Of a DNA stretch of 64,000 bases, positions 1 through 12,390 are shown in pieces. The stretch spans positions 7,301,519-7,365,518 of the forward strand of contig CM082578.2 of the NCBI GenBank assembly GCA_040954595.2, written 5' to 3'. Position numbers and translations under genes: made by a program. The stretch comes from Balanoglossus misakiensis (taxonomy: Eukaryota; Animalia; Hemichordata). The first letter of the stretch is position 1; each line of letters opens with the position of its first letter. The notes under the pieces are model-generated. The model did not search any database. It saw nothing but the letters and a program-made list of their open reading frames with translations, and was not told the DNA's origin.

Positions 1-1812
1 GGATAAATTTGAATATTCCCCCCCCCCCCCCCCACGTCACTGCATGCATGCACTGTTAGGGGGGATGTAAGGAACGTGTGTAGGTGAACGCATCCAGAGA
101 CAGAAACATGACAAGCAATTTCCATTAAAACGATACCTTTTACACAAGAAAAGATGGCGCATTTTGATAAGGGCGCAAATTGGATGAATTGTTGTCAATG
201 TCACTTAATGAGGGTGGCACGTAAGAGTTTACTCGTTTTCGGCAGTGATCGCGAAATCGTTGGATTGACAGGGGCAATATAAGGTTCTGTCACTCGCGTG
301 CATGAACCTTGAGTACTGCGGAGGGCACAGTTATAAAAATCAATAGAGTAAGAAAAAATGTAGGTTTTCTCCCCGTGGTATCGATCGCGTCACACCTATT
401 TTCCTTCAGATTAAATGCCAAGAACTGGCAAATCTTAAAGAACGCTGAGTGAAATTTCACGTGTGGTTGATAGTGTTTAGTCCCTTGTACGTGGTATTCT
501 GAGTGAGTTTTGAAATGCGTCCTCCGCTTTACAACAGTGTGGTACGATTTAGTGTCCTGTACATCCACTTTAATGAAACGATGACTTTGATTGGCTGTCT
601 GAGTCCCAACAGTGGATAGTAAGCCAGTAGAAAACCATGACACAACAATGCAATACAACTGTGAGCAAGAAGAAATTTTAGTGTCGTTTTGCCTTTATCG
701 TGAATATGGAGATAAATACAGATTTTTGAAAATGAATAAGGGACAATTTACATGAAAGCTTCAAGTCAAAATTAATTAACCATGTTTTTTTAAAGTTCAA
801 ATTGAATAGCCTATGGTGGTGTTCGAATCCCGTAAAATACAATTCGATTAAATTGTGTAATGCTCCAGTAATCGCGGAGGTGGTATGTTTCAACTCTTGG
901 ATGACAAATGCTCAGTCATATTGGCAATTTCATTCCGTAATGGCTGGTGTTCCTCCCGTTGAATTCGTTGAATGCCAATTGAAACAAGTGAATACATGTC
1001 AACCAGTTAATGAATATGGCAAATGTAGCTCATATTTTGCCGGCGGCACTAATTACACGCACGCGGGCTATATTGCTGTGTCGTGCCAGGACAGACAGAT
1101 GTATTCTTATGCTGTGACAAGTGATCAAATACTAATAATGCTTTGAATAAAAAGCCCCCCTTTTATTTCCCTGTCATTAATATTCAAACTGAATTCCTTT
1201 AGTCTCAAAAGAAACAATATGGCTCGGGGGGGAATTCAATTATCAATCGGCGGTTGCTTCCTTTGATCCATTCGCTTTGATGTTTATGAAGATTTTCGAT
1301 GGAGATGACCGTGACCCCGATATTAGCCACAACAGCACTCGCATTAATTTCTATGGACCAATCTTTTTTTCGCTATGAAAAAAAATTGAAAAGCATGATT
1401 TTCACTTTTGGTGGTTTCTGTGGTGTAAAGAGGGATCAAACTACTTGGTGGCTTTGTGGGTTTTATTTCTGCATTCATTTTAACAACCGTGGTTCACCCA
1501 TCCTTCCAAAGTCAGTATTTTGAGTCAGCAATGAATTGTGCTGGTTTCAATGATAACTGTTGTATTTTCAAACTTCTGGATCACACAAAAAAAATGATTC
1601 AATTTCTCTTCGAAGAATATATCATCCCCAGAACACAGATAGAAAGAAAGATAAAAGCAACCCCCCAAAAATATTTTGCACTGATGTAAAAATATCAAAA
1701 CAAAACAAAAACTGGAAAATGACACATTGCTGGCACAGGAAGGATTGGTGACTAAACCGCATCTGCACTTTCTCTTATTTAACGCAATGCATTCTGTCCT
1801 ATCTATCTGCAG

Positions 1813-1929
1813 TTGGATGATGGCTTGCTATATGATGATACAAATGTTTTATTGGATGATCTTCACATGGACATGTTAGAACAGCATCATCAAGAAGCTA
1901 TGCAGTTCACTTCATGTTTGCTTGATACT
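1813..1929 (+). CDS. PDZRN3: PDZ-domain RING finger E3 ligase (PDZRN3/PDZRN4/LNX3-like), penultimate coding exon; upstream exons lie before the window
   Basis: Acceptor ctgcag at 1807-1812 and donor gtaagt at 1930; phase 0/0. [33 protein letters not shown] matches the recalled PDZRN3 segment ([21 protein letters not shown]) and splices in frame to 5102. Confidence 0.85.
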
Positions 1930-2857
1930 GTAAGTCACTTATTTTGCACCTTTCTGCCGAAAAAAAAACTTTCTTTTCCATATTTCTGTGCATTTTGTTT
2001 TGTTTTTGTTTTGGTGGGTGTTTTGTCATGTGTTTGGAGTTTGTGTTTGGAGTTTTTTTATACTTGTACACTTCTCTGCCTCCTCTGTTGAAATCTTGCT
2101 GCCCATCCCATACAAGTCTCTGCCACATCGCGCCGCATTCACATCATTTTTACATCCATCATGATCACTTTTTTCACAGCTATATGTACATGTACTTGTG
2201 TACAGCTTTAAAATCAGTTAATTAACCATCAATGTGTCGCAGAACACAGATCTTCTCTGCGTTCTTTCTAAGCGCGGGAAAATTGGATGTTTTGAAACAA
2301 ACGCCACCGTCCTGCCTTCTGACTGTTCCCATGGCAACTACCGATTTTTCGCCAATTTAATACTCCTTTAAAAGATGTCAGAGGTAAACGTTAACTGTGG
2401 AGGTTGAAGGCCGCATGCACGTCAAACCTCGTTCCACATCTGGCTCAGTCGGCATGGCGACTGCCGACGAGACATCAACACCTTTGTACATGTTTTGGAT
2501 TTGGGAGGGTTTCGTGATACGCATGACATTTAAGCCAATCAACGACATGGGAATTCCGGGCTTATCCCACACCGGCACTGTTGCGCAGTTGCCATCTGGT
2601 GTAAGTTCTTTGATGGATTTCAAAACAGGAAGTCACCCCCTTACGCAGTGTTCCCTGAACTCCAGTTTTATACTTGCCGACAAGAACATATTCATGATCA
2701 CTCAAAGATGTTCACGTTATACTCTCTCTCCTGCCGACAGGAATGGATTTCCCATGTTTCAATTCTTTGTATTGATGATACAGTTACAACTGTAGAGTTG
2801 ATCAAAGGTGTATACATGTAACGCTAAAAATAAACTTCCTTTTAAAGGTCTTTTTAA

Positions 2858-2938
2858 CCCTTTCACCACTATGGTCCAGTCTAAATCTGTTGTTTTCCTA
2901 TAGTTGGACCGATAAAGAGGGAACTGGGGGTGAAAGGT
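2858..2938. mobile_element. Tiny piggyBac-like MITE, copy 1 (PDZRN3 intron)
   Basis: TTAA|CCCTTTCACC...GGTGAAAGGT|TTAA; homologous copy at 10255. Confidence 0.65.
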
Positions 2939-5101
2939 TTAAAGGAGGAACGATAATACGGCTGCATGTACTTGTGTGCAATGAAAGTTGTTGACAACTG
3001 GCTTTGACAGAAACATGTTTTTGTCAGAGATTCGTTCACATTTCACTGCAGGCACACAGTTTCTGCCTGCAGAATGATTCCTTGTTGATGTTTCCAGTCT
3101 CCATGGCCACGTAAATGAGATGCGGCTCTCCATTGCTGTTTGGGGTTTCGTATCTTCATACCCCTACATGTATTTCATTAGTGGGGTCGATTCTAGGCAA
3201 TGGTGCCGTCGGCTGAACAAAACGTCTGCACCTATCGCGATGTGACCTGGGGGGGGGGAGTGTATAATACCTGTGACATAACAAAGATAACACACCGGGA
3301 GGTTGTCACGCTCCTAACCTTGCATGTCCTTGCCTGCTCTGACCTCGTGTTTTTACAGCAGCTAGCTGTTAGTGTATTTCTCCTCGTTAGAAACCGGGAG
3401 CCCAGAGCATGTAAAAAATTGGGAGGGGGGCTCTTGCTTGAGTGTTCACCCCATTCACATTGGTTACATTTGAAAATTGTCATACAGCAGATTTGATGCT
3501 GAAGCACAAAGGCTAAAGAGTGTGACAATTAATAACAGTGATTGATTTATACAAATCCTGTGTGTTTTACGACGTGAAAATACTGAAATCCAAAAGCAGT
3601 CTTTTTTGCTGAAATTTTTGTCTCATTCAGAAGGTGAAAGTTTGAAAAAGGTAGTGCAGTGGATGTGTTTCCACATGTGTGTGTAACATGCAGACTGTGT
3701 GTGTATTTGTGTGTGCACTGTGTACGTGTAAATTGGAGATGTCTTCCACAGTAGACTTGCATTATTATCTCTCGCAGCCTGACGACAGAATTGCGAGGTT
3801 GCAGAGTATTGTTTCGGAAATTGCGTATAAGTACATTTCTCCTGGGTCCTAGCTGTGGCAGCGTCAATGCATGGGCTTTATAGGATTTCCAGATTATCAG
3901 ATTATGACAGAAGAAGAAAGGCAGTAATGCATCCATGGCAACTGTTGCCATGGTGATGTGGTGATGCACTCACATTAGAGAATGGGAGGTGAAAGTTTCA
4001 TTCTTTTTGTGGTTTCTTCATCGTGATGTTAAAGTCTGTCTTTAGTTAAGGGTCTCATTTTAACAAACCAGTACTATAATGAAAGAAGGTGTATAATAAA
4101 GGGTTATAAATGAAATACAGCCATATAAGGTATATGAGAGGTATTGGACTTCTCCACAGCTCATCCAACACATTGCACACACAGACATGCAGCCCTATAC
4201 ATTCAAGGCTAGAGCTTAATATTGTTGATTACGCACGCAAAATTCCAACCACAAAATGTTCTAGGTCATCCATCCGAGTGGTTTTGACATTGTTCCTGGT
4301 AATGCTGAGAATTACCGCCGGCGAGGCATTTCTGAGACAAAGTAAGCGGCGGTGTGTGTAGGGCCTGGTTTGTTGATTTTACCAAAGCTGTGAAGAGGTC
4401 ATGGATAATACATGTACATATATATACTTGACAAAACCCCTCGAAGGGAACACTAAGTTTGCAGCTAATGTTTTCTCCAGTCTCTTGAGGGGAAAACCTA
4501 ACCAGGGAAAGTATTTCGGCGGGCGTATTCTCTGTGTTCTCTAAAAACAGTGTTGATAAACTTATTGCCTTTGAAGGACATTCGTGTAATCTAAATTGCG
4601 CAAATGGCACGTATCGTATCCTGTTGACCCAGGGACTCGAGCAGCAAGAGACGGTCCTCACCCATGATTCCAATCTGTTGTCATGGTTACGTTAAGTCAG
4701 GAAATACCATTTCCAGGCTTTTATGACTTTAACGAGGCGTGAAACCATTTTGATGTCGTCAGGTCAAGTTTTGTTGAATAATGAGGAAGCAATTTTTGGT
4801 GCAGTTGTCAAAGCTTATTATTTGTTCTTTTGAACATGGTGTGTGAAGACGGTTCTAATGAAAGGTTATTTTTCAACCCCTCCCCTCTGATCTTAACTGG
4901 TGTTTGGTGTTGAAATTAGCAGCAATCTGTTTCTTGATGTGAATTAAAATGTGAAATTACCATTGTCAAACATTATGCTGTATCTCTTCCATAAATAATC
5001 GAATTTGCCCCTGTACAACCCCCCTCCCCTATGCGGCCATGTTGATGTGCTTATTCCAAACTGATTCTTTGAAGATGACACATACTGTCTTCGTCTTGCA
5101 G

Positions 5102-6862
5102 GAATGCGGTCACAATGACGAAGGAGGAACCACCGACACGGGAACCACGGAGAACGCTTCCACGCAGCACGAGAAGGACAGCGGAGTCGGCAGAACGGAC
5201 GAGAGCACCAGGAACGACGAGAGCTCCGAGCAGGAGATCCCGGACGAGTGCCAGAAGCACCAGGCGGACTCCGGCAGCCTGGGCAGCGGCGAGCTGCGAT
5301 TCAGCAACGACAGCTTCACCTCGACGGACCTGCCCGACCAGGACTTCACCGGACATGAAATCTCCCTCGAAGACTGCATGAAATTCAAGGAAGCCTTAGA
5401 GACCAAGTTCGAGAGTGCCGCGCACGCCCGCGCGGGCCTTTCAGACTCGAGACTTCAGAGCCAAGGTGCTAGCGATCGCGACGCGCGGGACCGTCGGCGA
5501 GGCAGCACCGATTCCAGTGAGCATCAGCATTTACAAAACCCCGAACTGCCTTTCTACTCGGCCGAGGGCGCAGGCGACCTGTGCTACACCAACGCCGTGT
5601 TCGAGCAGAGCATGAGGAGTAAAACCGACGAGCCCATCTGGCTGGAGCAGGACTTAGTCCGGCCGCACGAGAACATACTGACCACAGTACAAGAGGAACA
5701 GCTGAGCATGAAGAGGCAATCGGACAGTGACCGCGAGCGCGGCGGTCACATGGGTGGCGGCGAGGAGAGCAGAGAAATTAGTGTGCAATCGGAGGAAGGC
5801 CGGGCCGGCTTGACTTTACATCTGAGATCCAGCTCAGAATTTGACCATGACAGGGAGAGGGAGAGGGAGCGAGACAGACGCCGGGAGAGCAGCTCGGAGA
5901 AGGACAGCTCGGGATCAGGCAAGGTGTCCAAGCGCGCACGCACACCCACGAAACACGACGGAAGATCCCAAAAGAACACTGCGGCCACGAGTCCTACCAA
6001 AGTGAAACCGAAGGAGCGATCGTCGTCCAAGGAAAAAGTCGCCAGTCCGACGAGGGAGAAAAAGGACACGAATCAGAATCACATTGCAGCGAGGAGCGGG
6101 GGCGGCGGCGCGCAGCAGCAGCGGAAGCAAGTGTCGGGCAACGGCAACTCGTCGGGTTCGTCGCAGACCGGGGGCGGCGAAAATGTGTTCATAATGCACC
6201 AGCAGAACTCCCGGCTGCGGGAGCAGAACCGACGGCTGCAGGAGCAGAACTTGCACCTGCGTCAGAGCATGCACCGGATCAGCGAGTACCGGGTGCCCAA
6301 TTACGCCCAGCACTACCAGAGCTACCTCCACCTCATCCAGCAGCAGGAGGAGACGACGGAGGAGATGAGCGTGGCGGCGCCGGAGGAAGCGGGGAGGAAC
6401 AAGCAGGATCAGGCCAACTGGAAGGTGAAGATCCGCAGCGACGGCACCCGCTACATCACCCGGCGGCACGCCCGCGACCGCATCCTCAAGGAGCGGGCGA
6501 ACAAGATCCGGGAGGAGAGGAGCGGCATGACGACGGACGACGACGCGGTCAGCGAGATCAAGACCGGGCGGTACTGGTGCAAAGAGGACCGGAAGAGACA
6601 CTTGGAGAGGGCGCGCGACCAGAAGCGGCGGCGAGAGTTCATGATCCGGGCGAGGATGGAGTCGCTGAAGGAGCAGAACGAAGAAGGCGACGCCAAAAAG
6701 GAGAGCATCGTGGAACTCAGTCACAAGAAAATGCTGAAAAAGAAAGGGAGGAAGATATTTGACGATTTTGTGACAGTGCAAGAAATGCTGGCTCATGGCA
6801 GCAAGTTGAGCCCCGAAACACTGAAACAATTTAATCCTCTGCTCAATGTGACTACAGTATAG
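5102..6862 (+). CDS. PDZRN3: PDZRN3/PDZRN4-like E3 ligase, large terminal exon
   Basis: Acceptor ttgcag ends 5101. Family motifs GGTTDT, QHEKDSGVGRTDESTRNDESSEQE, WKVKIRSDGTRYIT, ERSGMTTDDDAVSE, and C-terminal PDZ-binding LLNVTTV*. Confidence 0.93.
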   Translation, partial: ECGHNDEGGTTDTGTTENASTQHEKDSGVGRTDESTRNDESSEQEIPDECQKHQADSGSLGSGELRFSNDSFTSTDLPDQDFTGHEISLEDCMKFKEALETKFESAAHARAGLSDSRLQSQGASDRDARDRRRGSTDSSEHQHLQNPELPFYSAEGAGDLCYTNAVFEQSMRSKTDEPIWLEQDLVRPHENILTTVQEEQLSMKRQSDSDRERGGHMGGGEESREISVQSEEGRAGLTLHLRSSSEFDHDRERERERDRRRESSSEKDSSGSGKVSKRARTPTKHDGRSQKNTAATSPTKVKPKERSSSKEKVASPTREKKDTNQNHIAARSGGGGAQQQRKQVSGNGNSSGSSQTGGGENVFIMHQQNSRLREQNRRLQEQNLHLRQSMHRISEYRVPNYAQHYQSYLHLIQQQEETTEEMSVAAPEEAGRNKQDQANWKVKIRSDGTRYITRRHARDRILKERANKIREERSGMTTDDDAVSEIKTGRYWCKEDRKRHLERARDQKRRREFMIRARMESLKEQNEEGDAKKESIVELSHKKMLKKKGRKIFDDFVTVQEMLAHGSKLSPETLKQFNPLLNVTTV

Positions 6863-9800
6863 TAAAGCGAGTCTTTACCCGAAGTCATATCTCGTCTTCG
6901 ACTTTGAAGTCATTGAACTCAAGGTACGATGATTTCCTTCAGCCAGCTGGGGCAAAAACATGACATCAAATGAAATTAATTTTTAATCCACACACACCCC
7001 ATTCCTCTACCAAAATGACATCGCCCGATTAAATTGAACTGAAATGGCCTGTGCCATTGGTGTCATAGGGGACGAGGGATGGGGCGATGTAAAGAAGTGA
7101 CAGGCAGTCTACAACTGAGTGACCAGAAAGCGTCATGAATTTTTGTGGTAATTCACTTCACAGTAACATATACTCACTACTATTTGCCATTTAAATGTGG
7201 AATTCATCGATGTAAAATGAGAAGACTATTCAATGAAATATTAGTTGGGGTCCAGGCTTCGACAGCTTACAAATTTTTTTGTTCTCAAAAGTTGTATTTG
7301 CATTTACTTGAACGTAGGAATTTGATGCTGATGGACTACTTATTGACAGCTAGTCCTATAAAATGTTGTAGTCTGTATTATTTATGCACATTTTTTGAAG
7401 GTGCAACTTGTAAGTAGCTGAGTATTATATTTCATATTCTTGTAAGTTCTAATTTTTTCCCCCGTGAAATGTGTAATTTATAATTGCCCCTTGTACAGAC
7501 AGACATACAAGAGGCTCACGATAAAGGAGTTAATGCATATGTATATAACTTTTAAGAAAAACTTAATTTTTAAAAAAATAACTTGTACACTATTATTATT
7601 GTATGTTATGAAAACGTAACTTGAAATATTAGCTTTACCCTAACTGCCAAATCAGATTTAGTGAAAACTATGTCCTATTTTTTGGATTGAAAAGATGACT
7701 TGCGCAAGGATTAGTACAGCTAATCGCCCTATAGTTGACGTGTAATTTGATGACCCGATCACTGACATATTTCGTTGACGCTTTCATTCAAATGAAACAG
7801 ATTTGTTTAAAAGAAGAGACATAGAGTCTGAACAGCTAATGTTGTGACGATGATAAAAAAAACTACTAACACTAGCAAACCTACCGCGATCACATTGTCA
7901 GTGCTTTGTGGAGAAATTTATGATGGATCTGTGTACAAACTTGCCATACAGAAATGTGATTGTCAGTCATTTGTTCAGAGGAATAATAAACATTGTTAAA
8001 ATAGAAACTTTGTAATTAAACTTATCAAATTCAATTTGGTATTGACTCAGAATGGTAAAATTCTGTTGAAATCAGCTCCCGTTTGTCGGTAAGAATTGCG
8101 TTCATTGAAAAACAGCAGTATGATGTGATTTGTTTACTTTCCGTAATTCTAACCTTTAAAATTGTCAAGGCCATTTGGTTTTAGGGAGATTAGCTGTATT
8201 AATATTTTGGGTGTGCATGATGGATAGGAAGAGGAGTTTTGAAGTGACATTATTTTAAAGAAACCCACTGTTATTTTTTCAGTCGCTGCTGTTTCGAGAC
8301 AGTGGCCGTAATCACTGAAGGACCACACCTCAATCAGAATATCCCTTTGGTCGACTAGCTTTACATGTGGAGTGCAATATACAAACAGCTCATACTGGGA
8401 CCGGTTGCTGACTGGAGTAAACATGTCACAAACAGCAAAAGTCATAAACACCACCCACTCCAGCAAACGTTTCACCCCCAGTCCCCCAGGTCTGACATTG
8501 TATCTAAAATATATCATCAGGGCCTTCTGTTTACTGTGTTCATTTTTCCCCCCGTTGTAATAAAGTTTATCTGTAGACCAAGTGTTGTAAAATAATATGT
8601 TCATGATCTGAAATCGTCAGCTTCTGAATCAGCATTGTGGACAGAGAACGACTGGGTACTGATTATAGCTCTGTATGCTGGCAGTCAGCATCTATTTTGT
8701 GTCAAATTTTGTCAGCTATGCTTTCTACCTTTTCTCCGCCACAACTGAATGAAATGCCAGCGTGATGTTCTCATATGCATATTTCGTTCAGCGAGATATC
8801 TGCAAGTTGACTGACTGATGGGGCCTTGTTTTGCGCAGCCGAAAGCAAGTATGAAAATTACTTGGGAAGAGTGTCATAAACATGAAAGATTCAGTTTCGC
8901 TTGAGGGGGGGGGGGGGAGAATTGAGGAGACGGTATATAGGGTTAATGTACTGCGAGACATGCAAACACCCCACGTCTGGGTAAACGTAATACAAAACGT
9001 GTTTATGTAAATGTATATACAGTATCCTTTTTTTTATAAAAAAAAGTAATTCACTGGTGTTGATTGGAAATGCAGAATTGTTACACTTCTCTTTTGATTG
9101 CGATTGTAAATACCACAAACCTTTCACTTCCTAGATGCAGTAATCATTTCTTGTCTGCTGATTCCTCGGCATTCTTTAGAGATTTTGACACACCACACGC
9201 AGTGACGTGTAGTGTGAAACATTTAAAGAAAATGACCACTTCTATTTATTTCTGTATTTTTGTTCTTGTTCAAAGTGGCCAAGACTCGGATGTAGATTTA
9301 TATTTCGACAAACTTTAACTGAGGGAGAACCAAAATGAGGGCAGAAATGCTGGAAAACAAAATCCATTTCGAAAAAAAAAGAATCTTGTCAGATTTGGTT
9401 GTTTTGTGAAATAATAACATGCATCTGTATCACAGTCATGTGACCCGAACAGGCGGCCATGTTTGCATGCTCACGGTAAATTAGGAAGTGCCAAACTGCA
9501 GTGATTGCGGTGAAAATGTGCACACCTCTGCACTCAGTGGTTTCTGCCGTCACAGTATAACAAGTATCATCTTCAGTGGTTATATTACTGTCTGTGTGTA
9601 TACAGTCAGAATATGCTCTGCTCTTCCAGTGAAAAAAAAATCAGTCCGTGAAGTTGAAACAACAATAAAATGTATCTTTTGCCTTGTGTATTCCAGCATT
9701 TTGTACTTGGGCCTTTTTTTTAGACGTTTACAGATTTTTCTCTTATTTCCTTCCCTAAAGCAATGTCAGGGCTCCTTAACGTTTCACAACGAACATCGAG

Positions 9801-10254
9801 ATGTATTTTCTGTTAACTGTTGCGTGTTAATAATTTGTTGTAAAGAACTTCTCATCATCTTAATTTTTTTTTGTCTGTAAAGGGATACTTTGAAATTAAA
9901 GGAATGAATTTTGAACTTAGCCTTTTGATTGGTCAGCCAGCCTTCCCTGTCAGTGGCAGCCGAGTGGTCTTATTGGTCTCCATTGTTGTAGTTGATATTG
10001 GTAGAAACCATTTAGCCGTAGGTGGGGTCCACAGGCACCAGGTAGAATATCATTGTGTAGCAAAGTGTTGAGCTGCAGCCATGGTGTGGCTTGAAATCAG
10101 TGCTATACTGTGTTGTAAAAGACACTAGACTTCATTTGATGTCACGTCACTCTCTTACCAATCTATCAATAAATTATTGTTTTGTATGTACACAGTTGTC
10201 AGAAGTTTTTTGTTGCTTGCTGGTGTGGTCGATCACTGTCACGTTTCTGTTTAA

Positions 10255-10341
10255 CCCCTTTCACCGCTATGGTCCAGTCCAAATCCATTGTTTTCTATGG
10301 CAAGGTTGGACCTCTAAAACAGGTAAATGGGGGTAAAAGGG
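10255..10341. mobile_element. Tiny piggyBac-like MITE, copy 2
   Basis: TTAA|CCCCTTTCACC..ctatggtccagtc..gttggacc..GGTAAAAGGG|TTAA; shares internal sequence with 2858-2938. Confidence 0.65.
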
Positions 10342-12390
10342 TTAATCGTGTGACACGTGTATGTGTACCCCCATCAAGGGCCTGTTGAAAGACAAAAACA
10401 GAAGCCATTTTGTATTGTACACCGATTCCTTCCAATGTTCAAAACCAACTTATGCTTGTATAATCTATAATTCTGCTTTTTACTCTACCCTAGAAGTAAA
10501 TCTCCAGGGTATATGAACATGTACGTGTCTCCTGATCACGGGTGCCATTGTCAAACTCCGATAGGCAAAGAATCAAAAGTCAATTTCGTGAAAGATAAAT
10601 GTGGGTCATTCATACCTGGATACGAGAGTTCAGGATGAATGAAACTAAGATTTTAAAACGTATTTTGTGTGTAAGCAGTGCAGTGCGACCCCTATCCAAT
10701 ATTACATTTCCAAGAATTATATGGCAACATAACATTTCTAGTAAGAAATTGATTGGCCCAATCAAAATTGACCTCTTTTTTTCCAAACCACCACTGTCTG
10801 ATAAATTGGCTCAGTAATATTGACAGTGATCTTAGAATTTGAAAGTACACCGAAGATTGATCTCTTTTGCATTTTCCGTGAAAACTGAAAGTCTATTTTT
10901 ATATTTAGACCAACAAAGGTTAGTATTTGCAACTGATCCCCAACCTGATTGAGAACAGATTGATTGCAATCAGATTTAGGTATTGGTTTGGTTCAGTCTA
11001 TTAGTGCTTGCAACTTTGTGGATTTGCAGATTGTGTGTGAATGGAGGTCCTTGCCTCACAATTCTCACTACCCTCAATGGGTTTTTGCTACCTAGGTGAG
11101 TGGTAAAAATTTCGTGGTTGACAGGATTCCTAGATGGTGGATTTCTGCCATGTGGAGCTTGAAAATTAAAGTTCATGAGGCCATGTCAATGCTATTGTCA
11201 TATTGAACTGTAGGAAACCTAATGTGAAAATGTTGAATGTATGATATGCAAAGTACAAAGATGGAACTTGTAAACACAAAACTCATGAAATACAGGTAAA
11301 ATATCATCTATTCAAACTCTAACTACAGTGACTTGTTGACTTTCTGTCCCCTACAAAAGAGGATATTATGTGATTTGACTCCCTAGCATGAAATGAAAAC
11401 TGAAGTAATGAGAATTGTAGTGGTGTAGATAGAAGACAAAATGACAAAAGAAATTTCTGCTCAGAGATATATATGGTACAAGGAATTAATCACGCTACTG
11501 GTACCCACTCCAGAATTGTTTAAAGAAAACTTTTTCTAAACTACATTTCAAACATTATAAGTAAAACAGGAAAAATAGACAGCATTGCTCTGAAGGTTGC
11601 AAATTTGTCCTTCCAATGATTAACACTTTATTTATTGTATGATTATTATTTTTCGTTTCTTTACATCGTCTCCGAAAGGGAGTCTTGAGGGCTCAACTCA
11701 AAGTGGCCTCGCTGTATAGCGCCCTCACAAGGCCAAGAGTTAAATTCTCAGAAAAAAGTTTCTCATTTACAAACATTGGTGGCAGTATAATGAAGTGGCT
11801 CAGTTTATCTTGAGGTTTGGCCACTGCTTTGAAGTCCATCCAAACAAGTAGTCTAGTAGACATTTTGGAATCTTTCTCCTTGGCTAGAAGAGGTTTGTGA
11901 CTAATAGAAACCTTTCTCAGTAATCACCATAAACCCACGCTTCCTTTGCCAGACCACAAAATTCTAGTGCATGTTGGCCCATATCCGATATTTCAAATTT
12001 TGCTGGCGATATTGCCATATCTGCAGCCAATAAACCAAATGCTCAATATGAAAATTACGTTACTTACTAAAATTTGTATAGGTATACTTATGTATCTATT
12101 AAGTTGCGCAGTTCTGGCTACCCCTCAAACAGGTGACAAAATAGTAATTTATGAATAAGACTGAGTCCACATACTTTTTTATACCACTTTATTAATTTCA
12201 GAATGTCAAGTTCTGCTTACAAAGAATTTTCATTTTTTCCACAACATTCTGCGGAGCACGTACTGTATATAAAATGAAATATTTATTTCATTTTGTTCAA
12301 ATCAATTATTACCACGATGATTACTTAAAAATATTTTTTTTACTAAAACGTGATATGCTTCCACCACTGATAAATTCAACTGGTGTGTTT

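Noticed and set aside
1-1800. Short ORFs in 1-1800, 2000-5000, 7000-12300 and 39000-42300
   Set aside because: No recognisable domains or consistent splice signals; interpreted as intron, UTR or intergenic sequence.
5915-6829. 304-aa antisense ORF
   Set aside because: Shadow of the GC-rich PDZRN3 exon with no domain signal; likewise the antisense ORFs over the LRR, ECI1 and H1 genes.
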